From an uncultured virus (IMG/VR IMGVR_UViG_3300020198_000011) (Duplodnaviria > Heunggongvirae > Uroviricota > Caudoviricetes), in IMG/VR virus record IMGVR_UViG_3300020198_000011: 20,000 bases of DNA, one strand, 5' to 3'. The notes beneath the pieces were generated by a model. That model ran no database searches and had not been told where the DNA came from. It was given only the letters and a program-made list of their open reading frames with translations. Positions within the stretch are counted from its first letter, which is position 1; the number at the start of each line of letters is the position of its first letter. A program made the translations under genes and the position numbers. Below, piece by piece: positions 8,315 through 15,831 of the stretch.

Positions 8315-8562
8315 CAGGCCTCCTCGACGAATTCCAGAAGATCGATCCCCAGGTGTCCGCACAGCAGCAGACAATTTTGCAAACTGGGCATCTGGTCAGG
8401 CCGGGCGGGATTGAACCAGTGGGAAACCACCCCCCGGTGCTTCATATCGAGCAATTGCGCCAACTTCCCATGGCTAATCCCGCCAGGGGTCAGGCCACCT
8501 GGCCGGATGAGCTCACGAACGTGATCGAGCAGGGCCTCGCGATCGATGCGATAGCGCGCCAT
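8314..8562 (-). CDS. XRE/Cro-type helix-turn-helix regulator (82 aa)
   Basis: GISHGKLAQLLDMKHRGVVSHWFN...MPSLQNCLLLCGHLGID. RBS GAGGGGG. Confidence 0.75.
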   Translation of the reverse strand: MARYRIDREALLDHVRELIRPGGLTPGGISHGKLAQLLDMKHRGVVSHWFNPARPDQMPSLQNCLLLCGHLGIDLLEFVEEA

Positions 8563-8570
8563 GATCCCCC

Positions 8571-9149
8571 TCAAGCGATCTGCAAGCCGAAACAGGCCTC
8601 ACAGCGTGGCTCATACATACTCGAACCGACCACCACGATACGTAAGCCCGGATCGACACACAGGTAACTGAAAGCCGCGTCGCGGCCGCAGCGCGCGCAG
8701 CGCGACATGCATGAGTCCGGACTGTCGGCCGCCTCTATCCAGTGACGCATCGCCAGGTAGGGCTGGCCGACATGATCGCGGTCCCGGCCAGCTACCAGCA
8801 CCTGACAGTCCGGAAGGGCCTTGAGGCGCTTGGCAACCTCGACGGTCTCGGGCAACTCGAAGAACTGCGCGTCGTCGATGGCCACCAACTCGACACCGGG
8901 CACCGCGAACTCGACCAGGTGATACAGGCTGCCCAGCGCCATGGCCGGAACCCGGCCATTGAGGCCAGGATCCGGGGATGATAGCGTGTGGGTAGTCCGG
9001 GTATCCATCACGCTCTTGACGACCACCCGCCTGCTCGCAGGGCTACTACTGCGGGAGATGGTCTCGATGAGCTTTTGGGTCTTCCCCGAGGAAACCGGCC
9101 CGTAAAGGACACCAAGCTTGGCCATGACACGATCCTCCACCTGGATCAT
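8571..9149 (-). CDS. tdk: Thymidine kinase (TK1/type II family), divergent
   Basis: P-loop GPVSSGKT, DTR motif, VAIDDAQFF, lasso Zn ligands CARC and YEPRCEACF. ATG 9149 overlaps the upstream TGA. Confidence 0.85.
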   Translation of the reverse strand: MIQVEDRVMAKLGVLYGPVSSGKTQKLIETISRSSSPASRRVVVKSVMDTRTTHTLSSPDPGLNGRVPAMALGSLYHLVEFAVPGVELVAIDDAQFFELPETVEVAKRLKALPDCQVLVAGRDRDHVGQPYLAMRHWIEAADSPDSCMSRCARCGRDAAFSYLCVDPGLRIVVVGSSMYEPRCEACFGLQIA

Positions 9150-9248
9150 AGGCCGAACTTGTCGACTTCCTCGGCAACCCCGGGCGGCGTCTCGTCGCCC
9201 AGGCTGGCGATGAAGTCTGAGAGATCCCGGACCACCACCCGGGCTGAC
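9146..9248 (-). pseudogene. 3' fragment of a small gene cut by the IS
   Basis: Codon-biased frame SARVVVRDLSDFIASLGDETPPGVAEEVDKFGL-TGA starts at the IS left junction and is coupled to the tdk start. Confidence 0.55.
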
Positions 9249-9313
9249 CCGGTTGCGCGGCAAGCCCCGGCATTCATGCCGGGGAAGGATAGCGCGTCGG
9301 CCACTAGGCCGAC

Positions 9314-9724
9314 TTAATCCGGCGTTGCCTGCTGCTCGATGTACTGGCGCACGATGGAGATCGGCGCCCCGCCGCAGCTCGCGGCAAAGTAACTCGGGCT
9401 CCACAAGACCTCCTTCCAGTAGGCACTTGCCAGATCGGGTCTATCGCGGCGCAATAGCCGGCTCGACACGCCCTTGAGGCTATTCACCAGGCGTGAGATG
9501 GCCACCGCAGGCGGATACTCGACCAGCAGGTGGACATGATCGCGCTCGCCGTCAAGCTCGACCAACCTGCCCCCGAAGTCCCGGCAGACCTTGGCCATGA
9601 TGGCCCGCAGGCGCTCGATGGCGTCACCGTCAAAGATCCGCTTGCGGTACTTGGCCACGAAGACCAAATGGACGTGGAGATTAGAGACGCAGTGTCTACC
9701 GTGTCTAAGCTCTTGCTTTTCCAT
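9314..9724 (-). CDS. tnpA: IS200-family Y1 (HUH) transposase
   Basis: HLVFVAKYR, HUH motif DHVHLL, LWSPSYF, catalytic Tyr in RQYIEQQ. Confidence 0.97.
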   Translation of the reverse strand: MEKQELRHGRHCVSNLHVHLVFVAKYRKRIFDGDAIERLRAIMAKVCRDFGGRLVELDGERDHVHLLVEYPPAVAISRLVNSLKGVSSRLLRRDRPDLASAYWKEVLWSPSYFAASCGGAPISIVRQYIEQQATPD

Positions 9725-9748
9725 AGGAAGACCAATATACTCTTACTC

Positions 9749-10972
9749 GTGCAGATCCTCAAGGCCTATCGCTTCGAGTTGCGGCCCACGTCCCGCCAGG
9801 AGCGCCTACTGGCGCAGTTCGTCGGTTGCCGGCGCTGGTGCTATAACCAGGGCCTGGCGGAGGGTGTCCGCGGCTATGCGGCGCTCTGCAAGCGCATCAA
9901 CGACTGGAAGGCATCCTTCCCTTTCTTGTGCGAGGCACCGATTCACGTCCTCCAGCAGGCACTCAAGGATCTCGATCGCGCCTGGCAAAATCACCGGGCG
10001 ACCCGGGCCGAGGAGCCGACGCGCAAACGCAAGTTCGTCGACGACGCCTGCCGCTTTCCCGATCCCGGCCAGTTCAAGGTGGACACCGCGCATGGCCGCG
10101 TCAAGCTGCCAAAGCTCGGCTGGCTGCGCTACCATAAGAGCCGGGAAGTCGCTGGCGAGCCGCGTAACATCACCGTTAGCCGGCAAGCCGGACGCTGGTT
10201 CGTGTCGATTCAATGCCGCCTGGACGTCGCCGATCCGCGACATCCATCCAGCTCGGCCGTTGGTCTCGACATGGGCGTGGCGACCTTCGCGGCCTTGTCG
10301 GACGGCGAGAAGATCGTGCCGATTTCGAGCTTCTGGCGCCACGAAGAGCGCCTGGCCAAGGCCCAGAAGGCGCTCGCCCGCAAGCGCAAGGGTTCGACCA
10401 ACCGCCGCAAGGCCAAGGTCAAGGTCAACCGTCTTCACTGGCGCATCGCCAACGTGCGCCGCGACTACCTCCATAAGGTCTCGACGCAGATCTGCAAGAA
10501 CCACGCGATCATCTGCCTCGAAGACCTCGGCATCCGCAACATGTCCAGATCGGCCAAGGGTACGGCCGATCAGCCCGGAAAAAACGTCAAGGCCAAGAGC
10601 GGCCTGAACAAGGCCATCCTGGACCAGGGCTGGGGCATGTTCCGGCAGTTCCTGGAATACAAGGCCGGGTGGCTGGGAGGGACGGTCGTCGCCGTTCCGC
10701 CGCAGTACACCAGCCAGATCTGTGCCGCATGTGGCGCGGTGGACCCCGGAAACCGCAAGAGCCAGGCGGAATTCGCTTGCACCTCATGTGGCCACCGGGA
10801 TCATGCCGACGTCAACGCGGCCCGCAACATCCTAAGGGCGGGGCTCGCCCGGTTAGCCTGTGCGCAGGATCCGTCCTGCGCGTCCCGAGCACGGGGATCC
10901 AAGCGAAAGCTGGTGGCAGGAACCGTTCCGGCTACGTGTGAGGCCGGGAATCATCGGGCTTTAGCCCGGTGA
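9749..10972 (+). CDS. tnpB: TnpB RNA-guided endonuclease
   Basis: KAYRFELRPT N-terminus, RuvC-I VGLDMG, RuvC-II CLEDL, Zn finger CAAC/CTSC, RuvC-III HADVNAARN. GTG 9749 lies 7 nt after TATACT (9736-9741). Confidence 0.96.
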   Translation: MQILKAYRFELRPTSRQERLLAQFVGCRRWCYNQGLAEGVRGYAALCKRINDWKASFPFLCEAPIHVLQQALKDLDRAWQNHRATRAEEPTRKRKFVDDACRFPDPGQFKVDTAHGRVKLPKLGWLRYHKSREVAGEPRNITVSRQAGRWFVSIQCRLDVADPRHPSSSAVGLDMGVATFAALSDGEKIVPISSFWRHEERLAKAQKALARKRKGSTNRRKAKVKVNRLHWRIANVRRDYLHKVSTQICKNHAIICLEDLGIRNMSRSAKGTADQPGKNVKAKSGLNKAILDQGWGMFRQFLEYKAGWLGGTVVAVPPQYTSQICAACGAVDPGNRKSQAEFACTSCGHRDHADVNAARNILRAGLARLACAQDPSCASRARGSKRKLVAGTVPATCEAGNHRALAR

Positions 10973-11000
10973 GGATGTCAAGATCGGTTCCAGCAGCCGC

Positions 11001-11123
11001 CTAATCATGCCGATCTTGTTCCCCGGTTGGGCGCTCCACGGTCCAGCCCCCGAAGATCAGCGAGTACAGGAAGGTCGCCAAAGCCAGCCCTGGCAACCCT
11101 AGCCCAAGCGGCAGCCTAATCAC
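11001..11123 (-). CDS. Small membrane peptide (40 aa)
   Basis: Manual translation MIRLPLGLGLPGLALATFLYSLIFGGWTVERPTGEQDRHD. Overlaps both neighbours via (A/G)TGATTAG. Confidence 0.5.
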   Translation of the reverse strand: MIRLPLGLGLPGLALATFLYSLIFGGWTVERPTGEQDRHD

Positions 11124-11793
11124 GCGCGTACCGCTCCGGCCCATACGCCTCCGAGGGCGGCCCGGCCGCCAGGGCCTGCTGATAGTCGTCGAAAATGGTC
11201 CGGTCGTACCCAGTGGCCCCCAGCAGACGAACCTTCGGATTGGCGCCGAGTACCACGAAGTCCTCGGAAGACAGCTGCTTCATGGCGAGATACCTCCCGC
11301 GGAAACGCTCGACCAGGACCCCGTCCAGGCATGTCCCGGACAGGTGGACGGCCCGGGCGAACTCGCTTGGTAGGGTAAGCGGCGCCCGGACTTCCCAGGC
11401 ACCTAGAGAGCCAAAGTCCAGCACGATCTGCCGCGGCCGCATGCGCCTGGCCAGGGGAAAGTAGCCCTGAAACCTGTCCCAGGCCACGTCATCGAGCAGG
11501 TGATCGAACTCGCTATTGGGCACAAAGCACAGCGTGTGCGGATCTTCGCCGACAATTGTAGCATCCAGCCGTTCGTCGACCGCCGTGAGCCAGCCCTTGA
11601 TACGCCGACGAATCCCCGATAGCGAGAGGACCAGGGACGCCGGCCGCGAGAAAAAGGTGTCGTTACTGCCCGCGACCTCGACCGCACGGTCACCCCAAGG
11701 GGTAACGACCGGCTTGGCGCGACCCCGGCCGGTGAAAAGGTCCTCGGTGAGCGTCGTGCGGCCGAATTGACTGGTCTGACCCCACATGGGCAA
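11116..11793 (-). CDS. Hypothetical protein (225 aa)
   Basis: RBS AAGGGGG and fills the gap after xis. No motif recognised. Confidence 0.7.
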   Translation of the reverse strand: MPMWGQTSQFGRTTLTEDLFTGRGRAKPVVTPWGDRAVEVAGSNDTFFSRPASLVLSLSGIRRRIKGWLTAVDERLDATIVGEDPHTLCFVPNSEFDHLLDDVAWDRFQGYFPLARRMRPRQIVLDFGSLGAWEVRAPLTLPSEFARAVHLSGTCLDGVLVERFRGRYLAMKQLSSEDFVVLGANPKVRLLGATGYDRTIFDDYQQALAAGPPSEAYGPERYARD

Positions 11794-11800
11794 GTCCCCC

Positions 11801-12013
11801 TTAAATTCTGGTATGACCGCCGCGCTCGACGCGCGCGCCAGTCAGGAATGCGTCGAGATCACTCTGCCGGTAGCGCACCTTGCGCCCCACCTTGTGGTAG
11901 GGCAGGTCGTACCGCTTCGTGCAGCGCCAGATGGCCAGGGTTGTCGGGCTCATCTTGAGGTAATCGGCAGCCTCGACCGGCGTCAGGACGGGATCGAACT
12001 TCTCGGCTTCCAC
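11801..12013 (-). CDS. xis: Excisionase / HTH_17 recombination directionality factor (70 aa)
   Basis: VLTPVEAADYLKMSPTTLAIWR...LPYHKVGRKVRYRQSDLDAFL. AGGAGG before GTG 12013. Directly downstream of the integrase. Confidence 0.85.
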   Translation of the reverse strand: MEAEKFDPVLTPVEAADYLKMSPTTLAIWRCTKRYDLPYHKVGRKVRYRQSDLDAFLTGARVERGGHTRI

Positions 12014-12089
12014 GAGCAGCCTCCTTCGACCGACCGGCAATGGTCGGATATCATTGGTAATACCGGGTGGTTTCCTTGGCTATATGGTA

Positions 12090-13256
12090 CTACCAGTTGG
12101 GAGCCTTGGAAAGCATTTCCTTGAGGCCGGCGATCTTCCCCTTGCGCACGGTGTCGATGGCCAGGCGCGCATAGATCTTGGTCGCCGACGGACTGAGGTG
12201 GTTGAGCGCCCCGCCGATCACATTGAGCGACACGCCGGCATCGGCCATGAAACTTCCGAACGTCCGGCGCAGATCATGCAGCCGCAGATCCTCCATGCCG
12301 GCCGCCTTCCGGATGCGATCCCAGCCCTTGTTGGGGTTGATCAGGTGGCCCGTGGCCCCCTGGCCCGGGAAGACCCAGGGGCCGCGACCACGGTTGGCGT
12401 GGCGCGCCTTGAGGATCTCGATCTCCTGGTCTTCGAGCGGCAGGATCTGCTGGTTGCCGTTCTTGGTCTTGCGCACGAACCAAGTCCGGGCCTCCAAGTC
12501 GAGGGCGTCCCAACGCATCTCCATGACCTGCGACCGCCGGGCTCCGGTGAACAGGGCCAACAGCACCAGATCGCGAATGTCCGGATCGGGCTCGGCGGCC
12601 ACGGCCTCCAGGAACTTGCCAACCTCACCGGGCAGGAGCCGCCGCTCGCGCTCGTACTCCTGGTGTGCCTCGATGCCCACCGCGGGGTTGGCACAATTGA
12701 TCCGCTCGTGGGCGATCGCCTTGTTGAAGACCGCCCGGATGGTCGCCAGTGAACGGTTGGCTACGTAGGGGGCCGTCTTGCCCAGGCGGGTATGCCACTC
12801 CCGAACGAGCGTTCGCGTCAGGTCGGGCGCCTTCACGGATAGGAACTCCTTGAGGTAGGTCTTGCGCTGACGGAGCAATTCCATCCGGTAGGCCTCGGCT
12901 CGACCCCTGGCGAGGACATGGTTCTCGAACCACCAGTCGAACAGTTCTTCGAAGGTCGGCTCGGCGCGCTTGGCCCGCCTGGCCTCCGCCGGATTCTCCC
13001 CCTTGGCAATGCGGGCGTTGAGGGCCTCGGTCTCCCTGCGGGCCCACTCGACGGTCATGTCCGGGAAGGCCCCCAGGCGAATCTGCTCGGCCTTGGGGCC
13101 GACCCTACGCACGCAATAGAATGCCTTGTGCCCGGATTGGGTAACATAGAGGTACAACCCCCTGACCTTCTCATCCTGATAGATGTCCCGCTTCCGGCCC
13201 ACCGGGACCGCCAGCTTGGCGATCTCGGTCTTGGAGAAGTTGAACTTGGTAGCCAT
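12090..13256 (-). CDS. int: Tyrosine integrase, P4-like, with N-terminal arm-binding domain
   Basis: Arm domain D..VRGLYLYV...G.K.F...RLG.FP. Catalytic residues TGARR, KTKNG, HDLRR, LNH, KIYAR all present. Confidence 0.95.
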   Translation of the reverse strand: MATKFNFSKTEIAKLAVPVGRKRDIYQDEKVRGLYLYVTQSGHKAFYCVRRVGPKAEQIRLGAFPDMTVEWARRETEALNARIAKGENPAEARRAKRAEPTFEELFDWWFENHVLARGRAEAYRMELLRQRKTYLKEFLSVKAPDLTRTLVREWHTRLGKTAPYVANRSLATIRAVFNKAIAHERINCANPAVGIEAHQEYERERRLLPGEVGKFLEAVAAEPDPDIRDLVLLALFTGARRSQVMEMRWDALDLEARTWFVRKTKNGNQQILPLEDQEIEILKARHANRGRGPWVFPGQGATGHLINPNKGWDRIRKAAGMEDLRLHDLRRTFGSFMADAGVSLNVIGGALNHLSPSATKIYARLAIDTVRKGKIAGLKEMLSKAPNW

Positions 13257-13398
13257 GTTTACAATGTCACCCAATCAAACATCTATCAAACATCCAGAAG
13301 CAAAATTAGGATACCATGAGAAAATCTCAAAAAGCTGAAACCCGCACCAGATAACGCTTTGGATACTTCCGTGAATTTCTGGAAAACCGCCAAAAAGG

Positions 13399-13442
13399 GA
13401 CTACGAATCAGAAGGTCGGGGGTTCAAGTCCCTCTGGGCGCG
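13399..13442 (+). other. 3' half of tRNA-Arg(ACG) (att core, not a complete tRNA)
   Basis: GACT-ACG-AATCAGAAGGTC-GGGGG-TTCAAGT-CCCTC-TGGGCGC-G gives anticodon loop, T-arm and acceptor 3' strand. No D-arm or 5' strand upstream and no CCA. Confidence 0.88.
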
Positions 13443-13447
13443 TAAGG

Positions 13448-13478
13448 AAAGAAGCGGATCACAGCGATCCGCTTCTTT
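13448..13478. terminator. Intrinsic terminator-like hairpin, possibly bidirectional
   Basis: Perfect 13-bp inverted repeat AAAGAAGCGGATC-ACAGC-GATCCGCTTCTTT immediately after the tRNA fragment. Confidence 0.8.
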
Positions 13479-13596
13479 CGGCAAAAGGCCCCAATCAAAC
13501 ACCAATCAAACTTTTGGTGACGCCTGCCCGCACCACCCCCTCCGGGCCCACGACGCCAGCCGAGCCCGAGCACCGACCAGCGCCTATCATGGGCAT

Positions 13597-13983
13597 GTGA
13601 CGCCCTACGACGCCTACATGCAGAAGCAGGCTCTGCGCGCCGAGAAGCTCTTCCAGATCGCGAAGGGGCACGGGATCGGCGGCGACTGGCGCTATGCCGG
13701 CAAGATGCTGCGGCCGATCGGCGACCAGGCTGCGACCGGCGCGGGCCAGGCGCGCAAGACATTGCAGGATCTCGGGTTCATGCCGGACGAGTTGGCGCGG
13801 AAGTACATGCGCCTCTGGGCCCTCGGGCGCGAGTACGGGGGAACATTCGGACGGCAGTCCCATGAGCCCATGTTCCTCAATCGTGGCGCCTGGGGGTCGG
13901 TTGCCACCGGCTGGCCCCAAGCGCCTGCCAAGAAACCCTGGTCAACCGAGGCCAGCTTGCAAACCACCGGCACAGACCGCTAA
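13597..13983 (+). CDS. Hypothetical protein (128 aa), lone plus-strand gene, N-terminal MQKQA motif
   Basis: Codon-biased frame. GTG lies 6 nt after TATCAT (13585-13590). Confidence 0.65.
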   Translation: MTPYDAYMQKQALRAEKLFQIAKGHGIGGDWRYAGKMLRPIGDQAATGAGQARKTLQDLGFMPDELARKYMRLWALGREYGGTFGRQSHEPMFLNRGAWGSVATGWPQAPAKKPWSTEASLQTTGTDR

Positions 13984-14106
13984 CTGACAATGAGATCATG
14001 AACGCAGGCCTTCCCGTACAGGCGGGCACCCTATGGGGACGCCCAATCCGGCGCCTGACGCGCACACTGTCTTATTGAGGTTCGCCGTTGACACGAAAAT
14101 TGGACA

Positions 14107-14310
14107 TCACTTCCCTTTCGGCGCCTTCCCGGCCAGGTAGTAGCGCCCGCTGTTCGCCCAGTCGATGAACTGCACCAGCGCCGCGTCGGCCAGCTCGCGG
14201 TTCTGCTCGTCGCGGTACATGATGGTCTCCAGGCCGGCGGCGATGGCCTGGGCCTCGCTGGAATCCGAGCCGGCGAGCCAGTTGATCAGGTCTTGCGGGG
14301 TCTTGGGCAT
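14107..14310 (-). CDS. Small hypothetical protein (67 aa)
   Basis: Strong RBS AGGAGGAGG before ATG 14310. MPKTPQDLINWLAG... Confidence 0.75.
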   Translation of the reverse strand: MPKTPQDLINWLAGSDSSEAQAIAAGLETIMYRDEQNRELADAALVQFIDWANSGRYYLAGKAPKGK

Positions 14311-14358
14311 TAGAAGCCTCCTCCTTCCCAGTCCACCGGGGAAATCGGGCGTGGGCAC

Positions 14359-14477
14359 TCAAGCCTCCTCGACGGGGTTGCCGTCCTCATCCTCGACCTC
14401 CAGGTCGGAAATCGCCTGCTCCCACTCCTCGGTCGGAGTATTCTCGGCAATCTTGCGAGCATGGTCGGGGTTGTCAT
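14359..14477 (-). pseudogene. Frameshifted or internally deleted small acidic gene
   Basis: RBS AGGAGGAG with ATG 14477 is out of frame with the codon-biased tail DNPDHARKIAENTPTEEWEQAISDLEVEDEDGNPVEEA-TGA. The span is 119 nt. Confidence 0.45.
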
Positions 14478-14485
14478 GTCTCCTC

Positions 14486-15052
14486 CTAGAACACCCAGCC
14501 GCCATCGATCTCCCGGGCTGCCTCGTCGTAGCTCTCGGCCTCGATGTCGGCGTGGTGGAAGAGCTGGTCGGCGGGCAGGCGATCGACGTCGGCGCAGTCG
14601 TGGTAACCGTCCGAGTCCTTCATGGATGCGTTATTCTCGTACTTGTCCTGGAGGCGCGAGCCGAAGTAGTCCGGCTCCTCGTCGGGGACGCCCTCCTTGA
14701 GGCGGACGCAATTCCCCACACAGCGCAGCCAGTAACTGGGCGTGCTGGTGCAGAGGTAGGTCCGCTCGGCGCGGTTGACCAGGTAGACGCCGACGATCCG
14801 CTCGATGTAGGGCTGGTCGGCTGCGTCGATATCCCAGAGTTTGGTCTCGTCGAGTTCGACCTCCCACCAGGCGTTGACGACCTGGACTTCCCGGTTGCCG
14901 CAGTCCGGGCAGATCAGGATCTTCTCGCGCATGGCGTAGGGGGCCGGGCGCTCGCCGAACTCGCAGCGCCAGTGTGAGATATCCGCCGGGGCTTCTCTCT
15001 TGCAGCCCGGGCAACGGCAGATCACGGGATCGGCCGTAAGAGTCTCGTCCAT
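14486..15052 (-). CDS. Acidic hypothetical protein with N-terminal Zn ribbon (CPGC...CPDC)
   Basis: 188-aa ORF 5 nt after the DnaC-like stop. Confidence 0.75.
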   Translation of the reverse strand: MDETLTADPVICRCPGCKREAPADISHWRCEFGERPAPYAMREKILICPDCGNREVQVVNAWWEVELDETKLWDIDAADQPYIERIVGVYLVNRAERTYLCTSTPSYWLRCVGNCVRLKEGVPDEEPDYFGSRLQDKYENNASMKDSDGYHDCADVDRLPADQLFHHADIEAESYDEAAREIDGGWVF

Positions 15053-15057
15053 GTCTT

Positions 15058-15831
15058 CTACCTCTTGCTGGGCAAATTAAAGAAATCCGACTCGAAGGCC
15101 TTAAGCCGATCGAGAATCCGATCGCCGTACCGGGAGGCGATAGCCACCACCGACGACAAGTTGGTCGTGATGAACGTCGGCCGACCGTTCGCGGCGCGCC
15201 GATCGAGCAGGGTCGTGAGGTTTGCCTTTACCGACTCGGTGTTGGCCTCCAGGCCCAGGTCGTCGATGAGGATGAGCTTGGCCCGGGCAGCCTCGGCCAG
15301 CTCGTCGGTCCAGATCCCACGCGAGAAGGTCTCGTGAGCATTGTAGACCTTGCCGCGGACCACCCCGGTCGCCGCCAGGTGCCCCATGAGCGCCAGGCAC
15401 CCGAAGGTTTTACCTACCCCGGTGCCGCCGGCCAACAACAGGCTCACGCCCCGCTGGTACCGGCCCTCGTTGGCGTAAGCTCGCAGGGGCAATGTGACGT
15501 CGTCGAAGACGAAGCCCGGGTCGTGGAAGCAGGCCTGATCCAGATCCCCGAACTCGACTTCCTTGAGCCAGGCCACCACGGCCTGACGGTAGCGGGCGAT
15601 ACCGGCCGCGCACCCCAGGGGCTGCTCAACCAGGCGACGACAGTTGGCCTGATGGCCCTCGAAGACGATGACACCGGTCAACTCCCGGCAAGTCTCGACC
15701 CCGGGTTCACAAGCACGCTCGGCCTCCTCGATGGCCAGGCGCCGGCGCTTCGCCAGGCCGACCATCTTCTCGGCCCGCTCGCGCAGTCGACCGAAGGCTT
15801 CCGAGTCACTCACCCGTTCGGGCCTGGTCAT
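15058..15831 (-). CDS. DnaC/IstB-like AAA+ ATPase (helicase loader)
   Basis: Walker A GGTGVGKT, Walker B LILIDDLG, sensor TFITTN, RYGDRILDRL. Coupled (ATGA) to the initiator gene. Confidence 0.9.
   Translation of the reverse strand: MTRPERVSDSEAFGRLRERAEKMVGLAKRRRLAIEEAERACEPGVETCRELTGVIVFEGHQANCRRLVEQPLGCAAGIARYRQAVVAWLKEVEFGDLDQACFHDPGFVFDDVTLPLRAYANEGRYQRGVSLLLAGGTGVGKTFGCLALMGHLAATGVVRGKVYNAHETFSRGIWTDELAEAARAKLILIDDLGLEANTESVKANLTTLLDRRAANGRPTFITTNLSSVVAIASRYGDRILDRLKAFESDFFNLPSKR

Larger units (their letters stand above)
9249..10981 (+). mobile_element. Complete IS200/IS605-family element, IS605 group (divergent tnpA and tnpB)
   Basis: Target TGAC 9245-9248. LE guide CAAG 9261-9264 with hairpin 9265-9284. 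RE guide GAAT 10948-10951 with hairpin 10952-10971 and terminal TCAA 10978-10981. No target duplication. Confidence 0.93.
13271..13511 (+). other. attP-like site: arm repeats, tRNA core, terminator, arm repeats
   Basis: CCAATCAAAC 13271-13280, TCTATCAAAC 13282-13291, CCAATCAAAC 13491-13500 and 13502-13511 flank the tRNA fragment next to the int start. Confidence 0.8.

Noticed and set aside
9150..9404. N-terminal extension of thymidine kinase to 277 aa
   Set aside because: It runs through the IS left end and tnpA. The kinase domain starts at about 9149/9125.
9530..9748. Longer 480-aa TnpB start
   Set aside because: It overlaps tnpA antisense. TnpB homology begins at GTG 9749, just after a -10 box.
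13360..13445. Full-length tRNA-Arg gene
   Set aside because: No 5' acceptor strand or D-arm upstream of the anticodon loop. It is an att core fragment.
13995..14070. Possible structured RNA or ribozyme between convergent genes (caggc...gcctg, gggc...gccc stems)
   Set aside because: Short GC stems are expected by chance at this GC content and I recognised no family consensus. An Infernal/Rfam search would be needed.
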